A DNA stretch of 64,000 bases from a virus. Of the stretch, positions 8,062 to 18,325 are shown piece after piece. A model generated the notes under the pieces. That model worked only from the letters and a program-made list of their open reading frames with translations, did not search any database and was not told where the DNA came from. The position numbers and the translations under genes are program-made. Each line of letters opens with the position of its first letter. Position 1 is the stretch's first letter. Location: positions 1 through 64,000 of the IMG/VR virus record IMGVR_UViG_3300043399_000587; one strand, 5' to 3'.

Positions 8062-9078
8062 ATGTCAACGATTCGCATTCTTTCTGGTTCTTATCGCAAC
8101 CAAGCCGTCAAGGGCGAGGTGTTTACTCTTGTCAAGGGTTTTCAGACTGGCAAGAAGGGCAATTATGTCACTGTTCAAAACGACGGTCAGTTTTCTGTTG
8201 ATATCCCTGTCGTCAAGGTCAAGGTCAACGGCATGTCTGACATCGAATTTCTGAACGGTGCCCCTGTGGCCCCGCAAGTGTCCGCGCCCGTGACCGCGAC
8301 CGAGACCGATGAACAGGCTATGAATCGCATCAAGGAGCGTTTTGACATTCTTGATGAAATGAGTCGTGCTTGCATCGCTGGTGACATCCGTTCAATGATT
8401 GTCACTGGACCTCCTGGAGTCGGCAAGTCGCATGGTGTTCACACCCAGCTGCAAAAGGCTGTCATGTTTGACAAGATTGCTGGCAATCAACCTCGCTTTG
8501 AAGTTGTCAAGGGTACTATGTCGGCTATCGGGCTGTTCGCCCTCTTGTACAAGTACTCCGACGCTAAGAACGTCCTGGTGTTTGATGACTGCGACATTTG
8601 GGAAGATCAGGATGCTATCAATATTCTGAAGGGTGCGTTGGATTCTGGCAAGACTCGTCGGATCTCTTACAACAAGGATTCTCGACTCCTGCGTGATGAA
8701 GGTGTCCCCAACACTTTCAACTTCAACGGTTCTATCATTTTCATCACCAACAAGACCTTCGACAACAAGCGTGCTACCAAGATTCAGCCTCACCTGGATG
8801 CTCTGCAGTCTCGCAGTCACTTTCTGGATCTGACTATCAACACCGAACGTGACAAGATGCTACGCATCCGTCAAGTGCATCGTGATGCTGATCCGGGTCT
8901 GTTTGTTGACTATGGCTTTAGCACGGAGCAGGAAGGTATGATTCTGACTCATATGTGGGATAACCATACTAAGATGCGTGAAATCAGTCTCCGTATGACT
9001 CTTAAGATTGCGGATCTGGTTAAGATCAGCCCGAACAACTGGCATAATCTGGCACGTGCTACTTGCATGAAGGATTGA
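8062..9078 (+). CDS. AAA+-type P-loop ATPase
   Basis: Walker A GPPGVGKS, Walker B VLVFDDCD, IIFITN sensor, ALQSR. Confidence 0.8.
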   Translation: MSTIRILSGSYRNQAVKGEVFTLVKGFQTGKKGNYVTVQNDGQFSVDIPVVKVKVNGMSDIEFLNGAPVAPQVSAPVTATETDEQAMNRIKERFDILDEMSRACIAGDIRSMIVTGPPGVGKSHGVHTQLQKAVMFDKIAGNQPRFEVVKGTMSAIGLFALLYKYSDAKNVLVFDDCDIWEDQDAINILKGALDSGKTRRISYNKDSRLLRDEGVPNTFNFNGSIIFITNKTFDNKRATKIQPHLDALQSRSHFLDLTINTERDKMLRIRQVHRDADPGLFVDYGFSTEQEGMILTHMWDNHTKMREISLRMTLKIADLVKISPNNWHNLARATCMKD

Positions 9079-9096
9079 TACTTCTCACACAATAAA

Positions 9097-9119
9097 GGGG
9101 ACTTCGGTCCCCTTTTTTT
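9097..9119 (+). terminator. Rho-independent terminator GGGGAC-TTCG-GTCCCC-T7
   Basis: UUCG hairpin plus T run, closing the early cluster. Confidence 0.9.
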
Positions 9120-9165
9120 GCCTTTATATTTGTATACTAGGTATCAGATATGCTATTATGTAGAA

Positions 9166-10170
9166 ATGATACCGATTCAAAATAAAGAACACCTTGTATA
9201 CTTCATGCAATGCGGCATGCTGCGTTTAAGTAGATATGACCTTAGGTTCATACAAAACTTACAAACACTTTCGAATCAGAATAGAAGTCTTACTACAAAC
9301 CAGATAGACCTTTTCAATAAATTAGTGAGTAAATATCAACGTCAATTAGCAAAGCATGGATTGACGATGGAAAAAATTAATGCACTTAAATGGGAAACAA
9401 ATATCATAGCCAGCGATAGACAATTTACAGAAGCATATATTTCTATCATTGATGATACCATCACTTTCAAAAGTCCATTCAATAAAAAGTTTTTAACCGA
9501 ATTTTCTAAGTTAGAGGTAAATAGTTATAAATGGAATAAGGAAGAAAAGGTATATCGTTCACCATTTTCAATTTATGCGCTCAAATACCTCAATGATTTG
9601 GCTAAAGGATTTTATCCTAAGATAAATTATTGCCCCGTAACAACAGACCTAATAAATAAACTAGAATCATATAGAGCCAAATATTGGAATCCTACGTTGG
9701 TGAAAATTAATGATCGCTATCTGATAGCGTGTACCAACCAATACCTCGATCTAGCACTAAAAGATATTGAGTTATCGGCTGATCCCGTGTGCTTATCAAA
9801 ATTAACTGAATTAGGAATAGAAATAGACAAAGATATTATTAACGACGATCCTTTATTGGAATTTTGTTCTAAGTACTATATTGATGCTGACACTAAAAAC
9901 TTAGATAAAATTATTGAATACCTTCTTGCTATTGGTTGTAAAAATGTTTTGATATACCCTGCTCCGTTGAACGTAAACATTAAGGAAAAGTTTTCTGTAT
10001 TCAACATCAATAAAAGTAAACTGTTTGGTACCGTTGATCCTGTGCAACAAGATATCGTTTACATATCAATGAGGTCAGCTGGTATGCTTAACACAGCAAA
10101 AAAAGGCAATTATATGAAAGTCATCAGAATGAACAACACATCACCTGTAATTTTTAATCTCAAACAATGA
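9166..10170 (+). CDS. Hypothetical protein
   Basis: Long ORF overlapping the uvsW start. Confidence 0.7.
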   Translation: MIPIQNKEHLVYFMQCGMLRLSRYDLRFIQNLQTLSNQNRSLTTNQIDLFNKLVSKYQRQLAKHGLTMEKINALKWETNIIASDRQFTEAYISIIDDTITFKSPFNKKFLTEFSKLEVNSYKWNKEEKVYRSPFSIYALKYLNDLAKGFYPKINYCPVTTDLINKLESYRAKYWNPTLVKINDRYLIACTNQYLDLALKDIELSADPVCLSKLTELGIEIDKDIINDDPLLEFCSKYYIDADTKNLDKIIEYLLAIGCKNVLIYPAPLNVNIKEKFSVFNINKSKLFGTVDPVQQDIVYISMRSAGMLNTAKKGNYMKVIRMNNTSPVIFNLKQ

Positions 10171-11624
10171 AGCAGTGCAAATTGATTATCAAAGATGAAG
10201 TCAACGTCAAGCTAGAAGGTCTTGACCTAGGCGACCGCAAAACATTGATGAAAATGTTTGAATATGAAAAGCCAGGTGCACGATATCAGCCTTCAGTGAG
10301 ATTAGGTAGATGGAGTGGTAAGATCAGTTATTTTAGTTTGGGTGGCACGACGTACATCAATTTATTACCTGAGATTCTTCCTTTACTTGATCAGGCAGGA
10401 TATGATATAGAACTGGATGATCAACGTACTTACAGGCAAACGTTCAACTTCACGCAAGTGTCCGAAGATACGTTTTCTGAGTACTCATGGCCCAAAGGTC
10501 ATCCTAAACAAGGAGAACAAATTGTATTGCGAGATTACCAAGTAGAGGTGATCAATCGATTTTTACAGAATCCGCAGTCAATACAAGAAGTAGCCACTGG
10601 CGCCGGCAAAACTATTACTACGGCTGCACTAAGTTATAGTGTAGAACAATATGGTCGTAGTATTGTTATAGTTCCTAATAAATCATTAGTCACACAAACA
10701 GAAGAAGATTACAAAAATGTAGGTCTTGATGTTGGAGTTTATTTTGGTGATAGAAAAGAATGGGGCAAGAAGCATACGATATGTACTTGGCAAAGTCTAA
10801 ACAATTTACTCAAAGATACACAAGCAGGTAATGCTGATTGTACTATACAAGAATTCATTGAAGATGTTGTTTGTGTAATGGTCGATGAAGTTCATATGGC
10901 AAAGGCAGATGCACTCAAGACTTTGTTAACAGGAGTATTTTCACAGGTTCCCATTCGTTGGGGTCTTACTGGAACAATACCCAAAGAAAAATATAATGCA
11001 CAAGCATTGTATGTTTCATTGGGTAACGTTATTGGAAAACTAAGTGCTAGCGAACTTCAGGAGAAGGGAGTACTTGCACAATGCCATGTTAATGTGATAC
11101 AATTACAAGATAAAGTAGAGTTCACCAACTATCAAAGTGAATTGAAATATCTACTTGAGGACAAACATCGGCTTGACACAGTTAGCGAACTGGTGTTAAA
11201 AATTAAAGAGTCAGGTAATACTTTGATTTTGGTTGATCGTGTAAACGCAGGTAAAGAATTGGTAGATAGATTGCCAGGAGCAGTATTTGTTAGTGGAGAA
11301 ACTAAACTGACAGAACGTAAAGAAGAATATGATGAAGTGGCAACTTCTGATGAAAAGATTATTGTGGCAACGTATGGTGTAGCTAGCGTGGGTATTAATA
11401 TTCCTAGGATTTTTAATTTGGTTCTCTTAGAGCCTGGAAAAAGCTTTGTTAGAGTTATTCAAAGTATCGGAAGGGGTATCCGAAAAGCTGAAGACAAAGA
11501 CTTCGTTCAAATTTGGGACATAACAAGTAGTTGCAAGTTCGCAAAACGACACCTCACACAAAGAAAATTGTTTTACAAAGAAGCCAAATATCCCTTCACA
11601 ATAGAAAAATTGGAATACAAATGA
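10167..11624 (+). CDS. uvsW: SF2 DNA helicase, UvsW-like
   Basis: LRDYQ, ATGAGKT, DEVH, GLTGT, QSIGRGIR. Confidence 0.9.
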   Translation: MKQCKLIIKDEVNVKLEGLDLGDRKTLMKMFEYEKPGARYQPSVRLGRWSGKISYFSLGGTTYINLLPEILPLLDQAGYDIELDDQRTYRQTFNFTQVSEDTFSEYSWPKGHPKQGEQIVLRDYQVEVINRFLQNPQSIQEVATGAGKTITTAALSYSVEQYGRSIVIVPNKSLVTQTEEDYKNVGLDVGVYFGDRKEWGKKHTICTWQSLNNLLKDTQAGNADCTIQEFIEDVVCVMVDEVHMAKADALKTLLTGVFSQVPIRWGLTGTIPKEKYNAQALYVSLGNVIGKLSASELQEKGVLAQCHVNVIQLQDKVEFTNYQSELKYLLEDKHRLDTVSELVLKIKESGNTLILVDRVNAGKELVDRLPGAVFVSGETKLTERKEEYDEVATSDEKIIVATYGVASVGINIPRIFNLVLLEPGKSFVRVIQSIGRGIRKAEDKDFVQIWDITSSCKFAKRHLTQRKLFYKEAKYPFTIEKLEYK

Positions 11625-12121
11625 ATATTCTATTATTAGATAATACAAAATACAATTTAGAAAATCTTCCAGATGAAGTAGATGACATTAGGTTTGCTAT
11701 TTTAGACAATAGCAATCCGTCTAATGTAGATTACCATTACATACCATTGATTTTTTTAGAATCATTTAGCTCACCTGCATTGGTATTGCGAGTCGGTGAC
11801 ACGACTATTAAAATGCCAGTCGATTGGCAAATCTTAATTGGTGAAAAAGAACACGGTGATTTAGAAACGCTACCACTAACTAGTATTAACGACAGAGGGT
11901 TTAGTGCGTTTGAATTTAATCCATTGACAGGTTTTAGACCTGACTTTTTGCCTATTGAAATTTTAGATATTTACCATGATGTAACTTGGTACGCACCTAG
12001 ATTGAAGAACGGACAATTTTTGTGTGTACCCATTGATGATGGTCCTAAGCCCAGATGTGTTTACTTTGTGAAAGAAATTAGTAGAAACTGTGAATTAGTA
12101 GATTACAATCAAGTGTTTTAA
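11621..12121 (+). CDS. Hypothetical phage protein
   Basis: ATGA overlap with uvsW. Confidence 0.7.
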   Translation: MNILLLDNTKYNLENLPDEVDDIRFAILDNSNPSNVDYHYIPLIFLESFSSPALVLRVGDTTIKMPVDWQILIGEKEHGDLETLPLTSINDRGFSAFEFNPLTGFRPDFLPIEILDIYHDVTWYAPRLKNGQFLCVPIDDGPKPRCVYFVKEISRNCELVDYNQVF

Positions 12122-12122
12122 T

Positions 12123-12719
12123 ATGGCAACTAAAAAACCACAGCTAGCTAAAGATGAAAAGTTTGAGAAGATTGATCTAGACCTTTTCGAAATTCTAACC
12201 GCGCTGGATAAAAAAGACTATGTGTACTACGATAGGCTTACGGAAGAACAAAAGAAAAAAGTTGTTCCTTTTATGCTCACACATTGGATGAGTGCTATAA
12301 AAGGTAGTGAAGGACTTTCTAGATATTATGTGATGAGTACAAACGAATATGCCAACAAGTATTTGTTTGCAGAGTTTGTACAAAAGCATCCTAAACTTCA
12401 ATGGCTAATGTTGTGTAGTGCTAGTCCAGGCTTAGGAAAACAATTTCATCAATGGATACCGCATATCCGTGATAAAGTAGGTAAATACAAAGAAGCAGCG
12501 ACAGTAAAAGAAATAAAAGAGTATTACACAAAAATATATCCTAAGGCAAATTCAAAAGACATTGAAGAACTATCAAAAGAATTTGTGAGCCAACAAAAGA
12601 GAAAAATGCATTTGGGTGAAATTTATCCCAATATGAAGATATCTGATCTTGAAACGTTAAATCAAATTATAACCGATAGTGATATAGAACAATATGAAAA
12701 AGACAGAGGAAACGGATAA
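12123..12719 (+). CDS. Putative clamp-loader small subunit (T4 gp62-like)
   Basis: FEILTALDKK...PFML...LQWLMLCS.SPG.GKQFHQW resembles the gp62 pattern by eye. Confidence 0.45.
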   Translation: MATKKPQLAKDEKFEKIDLDLFEILTALDKKDYVYYDRLTEEQKKKVVPFMLTHWMSAIKGSEGLSRYYVMSTNEYANKYLFAEFVQKHPKLQWLMLCSASPGLGKQFHQWIPHIRDKVGKYKEAATVKEIKEYYTKIYPKANSKDIEELSKEFVSQQKRKMHLGEIYPNMKISDLETLNQIITDSDIEQYEKDRGNG

Positions 12720-13395
12720 CAACAAATATGGATGTGAATTTTGTGGCAGAACATTCATACGTGAGTCTACCATACTAAAACATATCTGTGAATATAAACA
12801 CCGTTGGTTAGAAAAAGATAGACCATGCAATCGCATAGGGTTTCAAACATGGGTAGAATTCTATAAAAAGAATTCTGCAAGCAAAAAAACAAAAACATAC
12901 GATGAGTTTATCAAATCGGTATACTATTCAGCTTTTATTAAGTTCGGGCTATATTGTGTTGAGGTTGGGGTGATCAATGTACCTAGATATGCAGACTGGT
13001 TAGTCAAAAATCAGATAAAGATTGACACATGGAATACAGATAGTAATTACACAAAATTTCTTATTGAATATTTACGTATAGAAAATCCAATGGATGCTAT
13101 TGCAAGAAGTATAGAAACTACAATAGTCTTATCTGAAAAAGAAAAAATACTATCCAAAGATGTGCTGAGATTTGGTAACAAAAATAAAATCTGTTATGAA
13201 ATAACTAAAGGAAAAATAAGCCCATGGATGTTGTATCATAGTGCAAGTGGTCGAGAATTTTTAGACAGCTTAGATGAAACACAGGTTAAAATAATCTTAG
13301 ACTACATTAATCCTGAGCAATGGGCATTAAAACTACATAGGAATCCAGAAGATGTAAAAGAAGTGCAGAAACTTTTACTACTTGGCGGATATTAA
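12694..13395 (+). CDS. Hypothetical protein with N-terminal C2HC zinc finger
   Basis: CEFCGRTF...KHIC. Confidence 0.7.
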   Translation: MKKTEETDNNKYGCEFCGRTFIRESTILKHICEYKHRWLEKDRPCNRIGFQTWVEFYKKNSASKKTKTYDEFIKSVYYSAFIKFGLYCVEVGVINVPRYADWLVKNQIKIDTWNTDSNYTKFLIEYLRIENPMDAIARSIETTIVLSEKEKILSKDVLRFGNKNKICYEITKGKISPWMLYHSASGREFLDSLDETQVKIILDYINPEQWALKLHRNPEDVKEVQKLLLLGGY

Positions 13396-13641
13396 ATGGC
13401 ATATGTCAGTAATCATTATGATTATGTTAAAGGTTGGAATGATTCAACCCGATGGTTCGAATGTGTAATTACACCTTCAACTCAAACAAAGCACGAACAA
13501 ATGGTAGCATGGTTATACGAAAAACTTGATAATTGCGAAAGGCATTGCAGGTGGATAAAGAATTATGGTTTTGAAAACGAATCTAGATTTAAATTTAGAT
13601 ACGAACGTGATTACATACTTTTTACGTTGAGATGGTCCTGA
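13396..13641 (+). CDS. Hypothetical protein
   Basis: Abutting ORF ending F.LRWS. Confidence 0.6.
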   Translation: MAYVSNHYDYVKGWNDSTRWFECVITPSTQTKHEQMVAWLYEKLDNCERHCRWIKNYGFENESRFKFRYERDYILFTLRWS

Positions 13642-13983
13642 ATGCTTACAAAATCAAAACGCAGTAATGGGGAAGTTATTGTAGAATGGTCTAGACAAGG
13701 TCCATATCAACCAATGATAGATAAATTGCAGTTACTAAAAATTTTGTTTAATGAGATAAAATGCTATGACCAGGTTGGTATGTTGATACATTCTGTAGGA
13801 TCGCGTTATGATATACTCTGGGTCACAGCAAGTTTTTATTATCAGGATACTAAAAAATTATACTCAAACTACATACAAGATGAATACAACATAACAGGCA
13901 TAGTATTTGTTAATGAAGTAGATGCAGATAAATTTATAGAAATTTTAAATAAGAGGTATGTATGGCATCTTTTGCAGAACTAA
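13642..13983 (+). CDS. Hypothetical protein
   Basis: Abutting ORF. Confidence 0.55.
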   Translation: MLTKSKRSNGEVIVEWSRQGPYQPMIDKLQLLKILFNEIKCYDQVGMLIHSVGSRYDILWVTASFYYQDTKKLYSNYIQDEYNITGIVFVNEVDADKFIEILNKRYVWHLLQN

Positions 13984-14204
13984 GTCCTTATATAGAAATT
14001 ATTGAATCTCAAGTTGTAAATCCTAGAGACACAGACAAAGTAACCTTTAGGTGCAAAGATGATCCACACAGGGTCATTAAATGGTGTCGAAGAAATTTCG
14101 GTCCTCGCGGAGATGGTTGGGATTTCTCAGGCTCCGATAAGTCCGTAGACATTACGATATGGTCTACTAAATTAATAATGATGTATGAATTATGGCAAAA
14201 TTAA
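13962..14204 (+). CDS. Hypothetical protein
   Basis: GAGG RBS; overlapping operon arrangement. Confidence 0.6.
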   Translation: MASFAELSPYIEIIESQVVNPRDTDKVTFRCKDDPHRVIKWCRRNFGPRGDGWDFSGSDKSVDITIWSTKLIMMYELWQN

Positions 14205-14896
14205 TTAAACCAGAATTAACAGAAGGGCAAGGATATATCATACTAGAAAAGATTATACCTGAACCACTTATTGATTCGATAGTTGAAAAACTAACAACAT
14301 TGTATCCAGTACGAGCATCCAGTGCAAATAAAAAGTACGCCGAACGTGATGACATAAAAAAATTACCAGATATATCTGTATGGTGGAGTCAATTGGTTAT
14401 GGATTGGCCTGAAGTAAAGGAAATCAATAACATACTGGCATCAAAAATTTCAGATTACCTTACAGATCCTGTTTGGTATTCAAGTGATGTTGTTACCATC
14501 AACCCACACAGTAAATGGATCAATCCACATGTGGATACCCCTCATCGTTTCAAAAAATATAATTATGATAAACGTTTGTTGGGAATTCAAGCTATTTGTT
14601 CATTGTTTGCTTTAGATAAAGCAAATGGTGTTACTGGAATGGTCCCAAATAGTCAACGCATGGATTTTAATATCAATCTTTGTTATCAGGGGTTTTATAA
14701 TTCATGGTTTGAAAAAAATTGCATACAACCCATACTACCTAAAGGTAGTATACTATTCTATAACTGTAGAGTATTACATAGTAGTATGCCCAATACACTA
14801 ACAAAACCTAGACAGGCTCTATTGTTTAACTACCTGACAGGCAGTATAATAGATGATGTAAAGTCATTGGACAATATTTGGCAAAGTAACAATTGA
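14192..14896 (+). CDS. 2OG-Fe(II) dioxygenase, phytanoyl-CoA dioxygenase (PhyH)-like
   Basis: PHVD (HxD), NG.T..VP.S, GSILFYN..VLH.S..N...PR. Confidence 0.8.
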   Translation: MAKLIKPELTEGQGYIILEKIIPEPLIDSIVEKLTTLYPVRASSANKKYAERDDIKKLPDISVWWSQLVMDWPEVKEINNILASKISDYLTDPVWYSSDVVTINPHSKWINPHVDTPHRFKKYNYDKRLLGIQAICSLFALDKANGVTGMVPNSQRMDFNINLCYQGFYNSWFEKNCIQPILPKGSILFYNCRVLHSSMPNTLTKPRQALLFNYLTGSIIDDVKSLDNIWQSNN

Positions 14897-14921
14897 ATTG
14901 AGTTTTTAATAAAGGATTAAA

Positions 14922-15485
14922 ATGGCAAATGATATAATGATTGACTTGGAAACATTAGATACAAGTCCGAATTGTGTGATACTTACAATAGGTGCAGTTA
15001 GATTCGATCCTAAAGGAATGGGTATTGTAGAAAAGTTAGAACTACGTCCGACAATTGAAGATCAAACTGAAATACACAACAGGATTATAAATGAAGATAC
15101 ATTACGATGGTGGTCTACACAGAGCACTGCTGCACTTGAAGAAGCATTGGGAGACAGGGGACGAGAATCATTTAAGTCTTGCATGGAGACCCTTTACAAG
15201 TTTTGTTGGAACCGTCGTGCTATTTGGAGTAATGGTGCTAGCTTTGACGTAGTAGCATGTGAATCGGGATTCAGACAGACATTAACCGAATATCCCAATG
15301 CCATTCCTTGGCCATATTATACTGTACGTGATACACGAACTTTATATGAAATTGCAGGAGTTAGTCTTAAAGATAAGAAATATGGTAGTAAAACTACACA
15401 CAAAGCAGTAGAAGATGCAGAACATCAAGCAATAGTGGTCCAAGATGCGTACAAAAAATTAATCAAAGTAGGTTTGATAGCATGA
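14922..15485 (+). CDS. DEDDh 3'-5' exonuclease (Rv2179c/DexA-like)
   Basis: MIDLETL, WSNGASFD, RDTRT, HKAVEDA. Confidence 0.85.
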   Translation: MANDIMIDLETLDTSPNCVILTIGAVRFDPKGMGIVEKLELRPTIEDQTEIHNRIINEDTLRWWSTQSTAALEEALGDRGRESFKSCMETLYKFCWNRRAIWSNGASFDVVACESGFRQTLTEYPNAIPWPYYTVRDTRTLYEIAGVSLKDKKYGSKTTHKAVEDAEHQAIVVQDAYKKLIKVGLIA

Positions 15486-16063
15486 GATTTAATTCTGATA
15501 TAGATATTGATTTTGGTGACAGAGAAAAAATATTATCATTAATTGAACATATCCCTGCTGCCATGAGAAACGTACATCCAATACGTAAACATGCAACAGG
15601 AGTTTATGTCACTGAAATTCCATATGATCCCGTGAATGATATGGCATCAATTGACTATACAGTAGCAGAATCTCGTGGTTATCTTAAACTTGATATGTTA
15701 AATGTCCATGTTTATAACCAAGTTAGAAACGAACATCATCTAGTAGAATTAATGCGTGAGCCTAATTGGGACAATTTAAAAAACAAAGAGTTTGTAGAAA
15801 AATTAATTCATTTAGGAAATCATTATTCTACAATAAGAAGCATGCCCGAACCTGTCAATAGTATACCTAGATTAGCTATGCTACTAGCGATCATTAGGCC
15901 AGGCAAGAAACATTTGATAGGTAAGAGTTGGAAAGAGGTAGCTGAGACTGTGTGGGACAAAGATAACACAGGGTACTCGTTCAAGCGGTCGCATGCTTGC
16001 GCCTACGCACATCTAGTAGTAGTACATATGAATCTATTAGAAGAAACTACGGTAATCGTTTAA
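15482..16063 (+). CDS. DNA polymerase III alpha (DnaE)-like catalytic fragment
   Basis: DIDIDF, KHATGVYV, GYLKLDML, LAIIRPG, YSFKRSHACAYA. Confidence 0.8.
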   Translation: MRFNSDIDIDFGDREKILSLIEHIPAAMRNVHPIRKHATGVYVTEIPYDPVNDMASIDYTVAESRGYLKLDMLNVHVYNQVRNEHHLVELMREPNWDNLKNKEFVEKLIHLGNHYSTIRSMPEPVNSIPRLAMLLAIIRPGKKHLIGKSWKEVAETVWDKDNTGYSFKRSHACAYAHLVVVHMNLLEETTVIV

Positions 16064-16427
16064 CTAGTGTTATACTACGTCTTTTTGACCTACGTTTATG
16101 AAGTTCATTCATACTTGTTATAGGTCCGTGCAGGATTACCAAACTTTTATTAGCAAAAGTTTTCAGATAAGGTCTAAACTGAACCCATTCATCCTTTAAG
16201 AACAAATTAATAGGTATCAATCTATTACTTTCCCACCACCATATATCTCCTAATTCTAAAAATCTAGTTCGAACGTCTGATTCTACGATAGCCCCGTAAT
16301 CGTAAATAGTGGTAACATTGTCATCTCGATTTTGAATTATGCCTACATAGTCTTGATTAGCGTAGGAACAAACCGTTATGAACGGGTGATTTTCGCTAAG
16401 TTTTTTGAAAAACTCATTTTGTATCAT
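16047..16427 (-). CDS. Hypothetical phage protein
   Basis: 126-aa ORF convergent with the DnaE fragment. Confidence 0.7.
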   Translation of the reverse strand: MIQNEFFKKLSENHPFITVCSYANQDYVGIIQNRDDNVTTIYDYGAIVESDVRTRFLELGDIWWWESNRLIPINLFLKDEWVQFRPYLKTFANKSLVILHGPITSMNELHKRRSKRRSITLVKRLP

Positions 16428-16522
16428 GTAATTTATGTAAAATAATGATATATTTAATCGGTGTGACCCGAACTTAATAATTTAATATTTTCGGTACTAA
16501 ATACGTTAAAGGATTACATATT

Positions 16523-17305
16523 GTGTACTCAACCCCAGTTTTTATTTATACCCAAAGACAAATCGTTGTTTTGTTATTTGGTAACTCAGCGAGGAGATAT
16601 ATGCCAGTTTACGCCAAACCTTTAACTCTACATAAAGGTGTAGATAATCAAATACAGTTTCAATTTTTGGATCAAGAACAAAAACCGGTCAACATCACAG
16701 GTAAAGAAATTACATGTAGAATTATCAGTTATGATGGAACTGAAGTCTTATTAAGAAAAGCATTAACACCGACTTATGCACTGAATGGTCTTGCCGTGTT
16801 AACATTGAATGCAGCAGAAATAGAAAACATTCCTGCGCAGAAAGCACATTATTCATTAGAAATTCCCGTAGGAGAGTTTGGATTCCCTGTATTCGTAGAT
16901 CAAAACGCGGGAGCCCGTGGGGATATGAACATCGTTAATTCTGTATTACCTGCTTTTATACCTTCAGCTAACATATCCATCCCCACAGGGCAACCGTTCC
17001 CTAACTTAGATTCTAATAATAGCATTGCCAACGTATTACCTAATGCAAACGTTTATTATAGTAGCGTCATCAACACTGAAGACAATCCAATATTGACGTT
17101 GCAAACCTCATTCGTTGAATATAATGGATATGTAGGGATCGAAGGTTCTACTATTGTCAACGGTGATTGGTATCCTATTTTTACTTCTGATGAATATGCC
17201 AATAATAGCGATACTCAGGGTTATACTATACATGGGTTCCATCCCTACGTAAGAATGGTATTTACCAGCAATACAGGCGCTGTTACCAATATATTAGCTA
17301 GATAA
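16523..17305 (+). CDS. Probable virion/baseplate beta-sandwich protein
   Basis: KGVDN.IQFQF.DQEQKPVNITG motif; CTAAATA late-type box upstream. Confidence 0.55.
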   Translation: MYSTPVFIYTQRQIVVLLFGNSARRYMPVYAKPLTLHKGVDNQIQFQFLDQEQKPVNITGKEITCRIISYDGTEVLLRKALTPTYALNGLAVLTLNAAEIENIPAQKAHYSLEIPVGEFGFPVFVDQNAGARGDMNIVNSVLPAFIPSANISIPTGQPFPNLDSNNSIANVLPNANVYYSSVINTEDNPILTLQTSFVEYNGYVGIEGSTIVNGDWYPIFTSDEYANNSDTQGYTIHGFHPYVRMVFTSNTGAVTNILAR

Positions 17306-17353
17306 AAGTCCGACTTACTTGTACTCTGATACATACTATGTTAAACTTATAGT

Positions 17354-18325
17354 ATGTTTGATATCCTAACTGTTGTACCAGGCAAGAAAAAGCTGACCCA
17401 AAGTGGGTGGTACAGTTTCAATGCAATATGCTGTCAGCATCGAGGTCACAAGCCTGACAGAAGGGCTAGGGGCGGCATACGCATGGACGGGGATAACTGG
17501 AGCTTTCATTGTTTTAATTGTGGCTTCAAGTGCGGATTCACGATAGGCAAAAGTTTAACAAAAAACACAAAACAATTCTTAAAATGGTCAGGAATAGACG
17601 AACAGCAGATTAGTAAATGGAACTTAGAAAGTCTGCAAAATAAAGATTTGTTGAACTATGTGCAGGTTAAAAAAGCTAAAAAGAAAATCAAGTTCAAAGA
17701 CCATGAATTGCCTTTGGGAGAATTGCTTGACGTAAACAACATAGAACACAAAATATATGTTGATTACGTGCAATCTAGGGGAATAAATGTTAGTGATTAT
17801 CCCTTTATGATTACCCCTCATGAAAAAGGTCGACAAGGCAATAGGATAATTATTCCATATACTTATCACAATAAAATTGTAGGACATACCAGCCGATTTC
17901 TAGACAATAAAATACCTAAATACATAAAAGAGCAACAGCAAGGATATGTATTTGGTATAGATTTTCAAAAACCAAATTGGGAAGTATGTATTCTGGTAGA
18001 AGGAATATTTGATGCACTTAGTCTTAATGCATGTGCATTAACTCATAACACAATAAATGATGAGCAAGTTGAATTGCTAAGCCAATTAAACAGAAAAATA
18101 ATTTTTGTGCCTGATCATGATACAGCTGGTTTAGAAACTATAGATAGAGCATTAGAGTTGGGGTATAGTGTTAGTATACCTGATTGGGATCATGGTATAA
18201 AAGATGTGAATGATGCAGTTGTAAAATATGGAAAATTAACTACACTACTAAGTATTTTGCAAAGTGCTACAACTAGTAAAGTAAAGATAGAAATGCAAAG
18301 GAGAAAAATTGATAAAAGAATATAA
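17354..18325 (+). CDS. DNA primase (DnaG/gp61-like)
   Basis: Zn finger CC..H...HCFNCG; TOPRIM VEGIFDA, PDHDTAG, KDVND. Confidence 0.88.
   Translation: MFDILTVVPGKKKLTQSGWYSFNAICCQHRGHKPDRRARGGIRMDGDNWSFHCFNCGFKCGFTIGKSLTKNTKQFLKWSGIDEQQISKWNLESLQNKDLLNYVQVKKAKKKIKFKDHELPLGELLDVNNIEHKIYVDYVQSRGINVSDYPFMITPHEKGRQGNRIIIPYTYHNKIVGHTSRFLDNKIPKYIKEQQQGYVFGIDFQKPNWEVCILVEGIFDALSLNACALTHNTINDEQVELLSQLNRKIIFVPDHDTAGLETIDRALELGYSVSIPDWDHGIKDVNDAVVKYGKLTTLLSILQSATTSKVKIEMQRRKIDKRI

Noticed and set aside
5927-8820. Minus-strand and alternate-frame ORFs over the early cluster
   Set aside because: They are expected by-products of higher GC; all promoters and RBSs point to the plus-strand genes.
15482-16063. 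Split intein joining the DnaE halves
   Set aside because: Neither fragment has intein terminal residues or blocks, such as a Cys-initiated N-intein or an HN/C junction.
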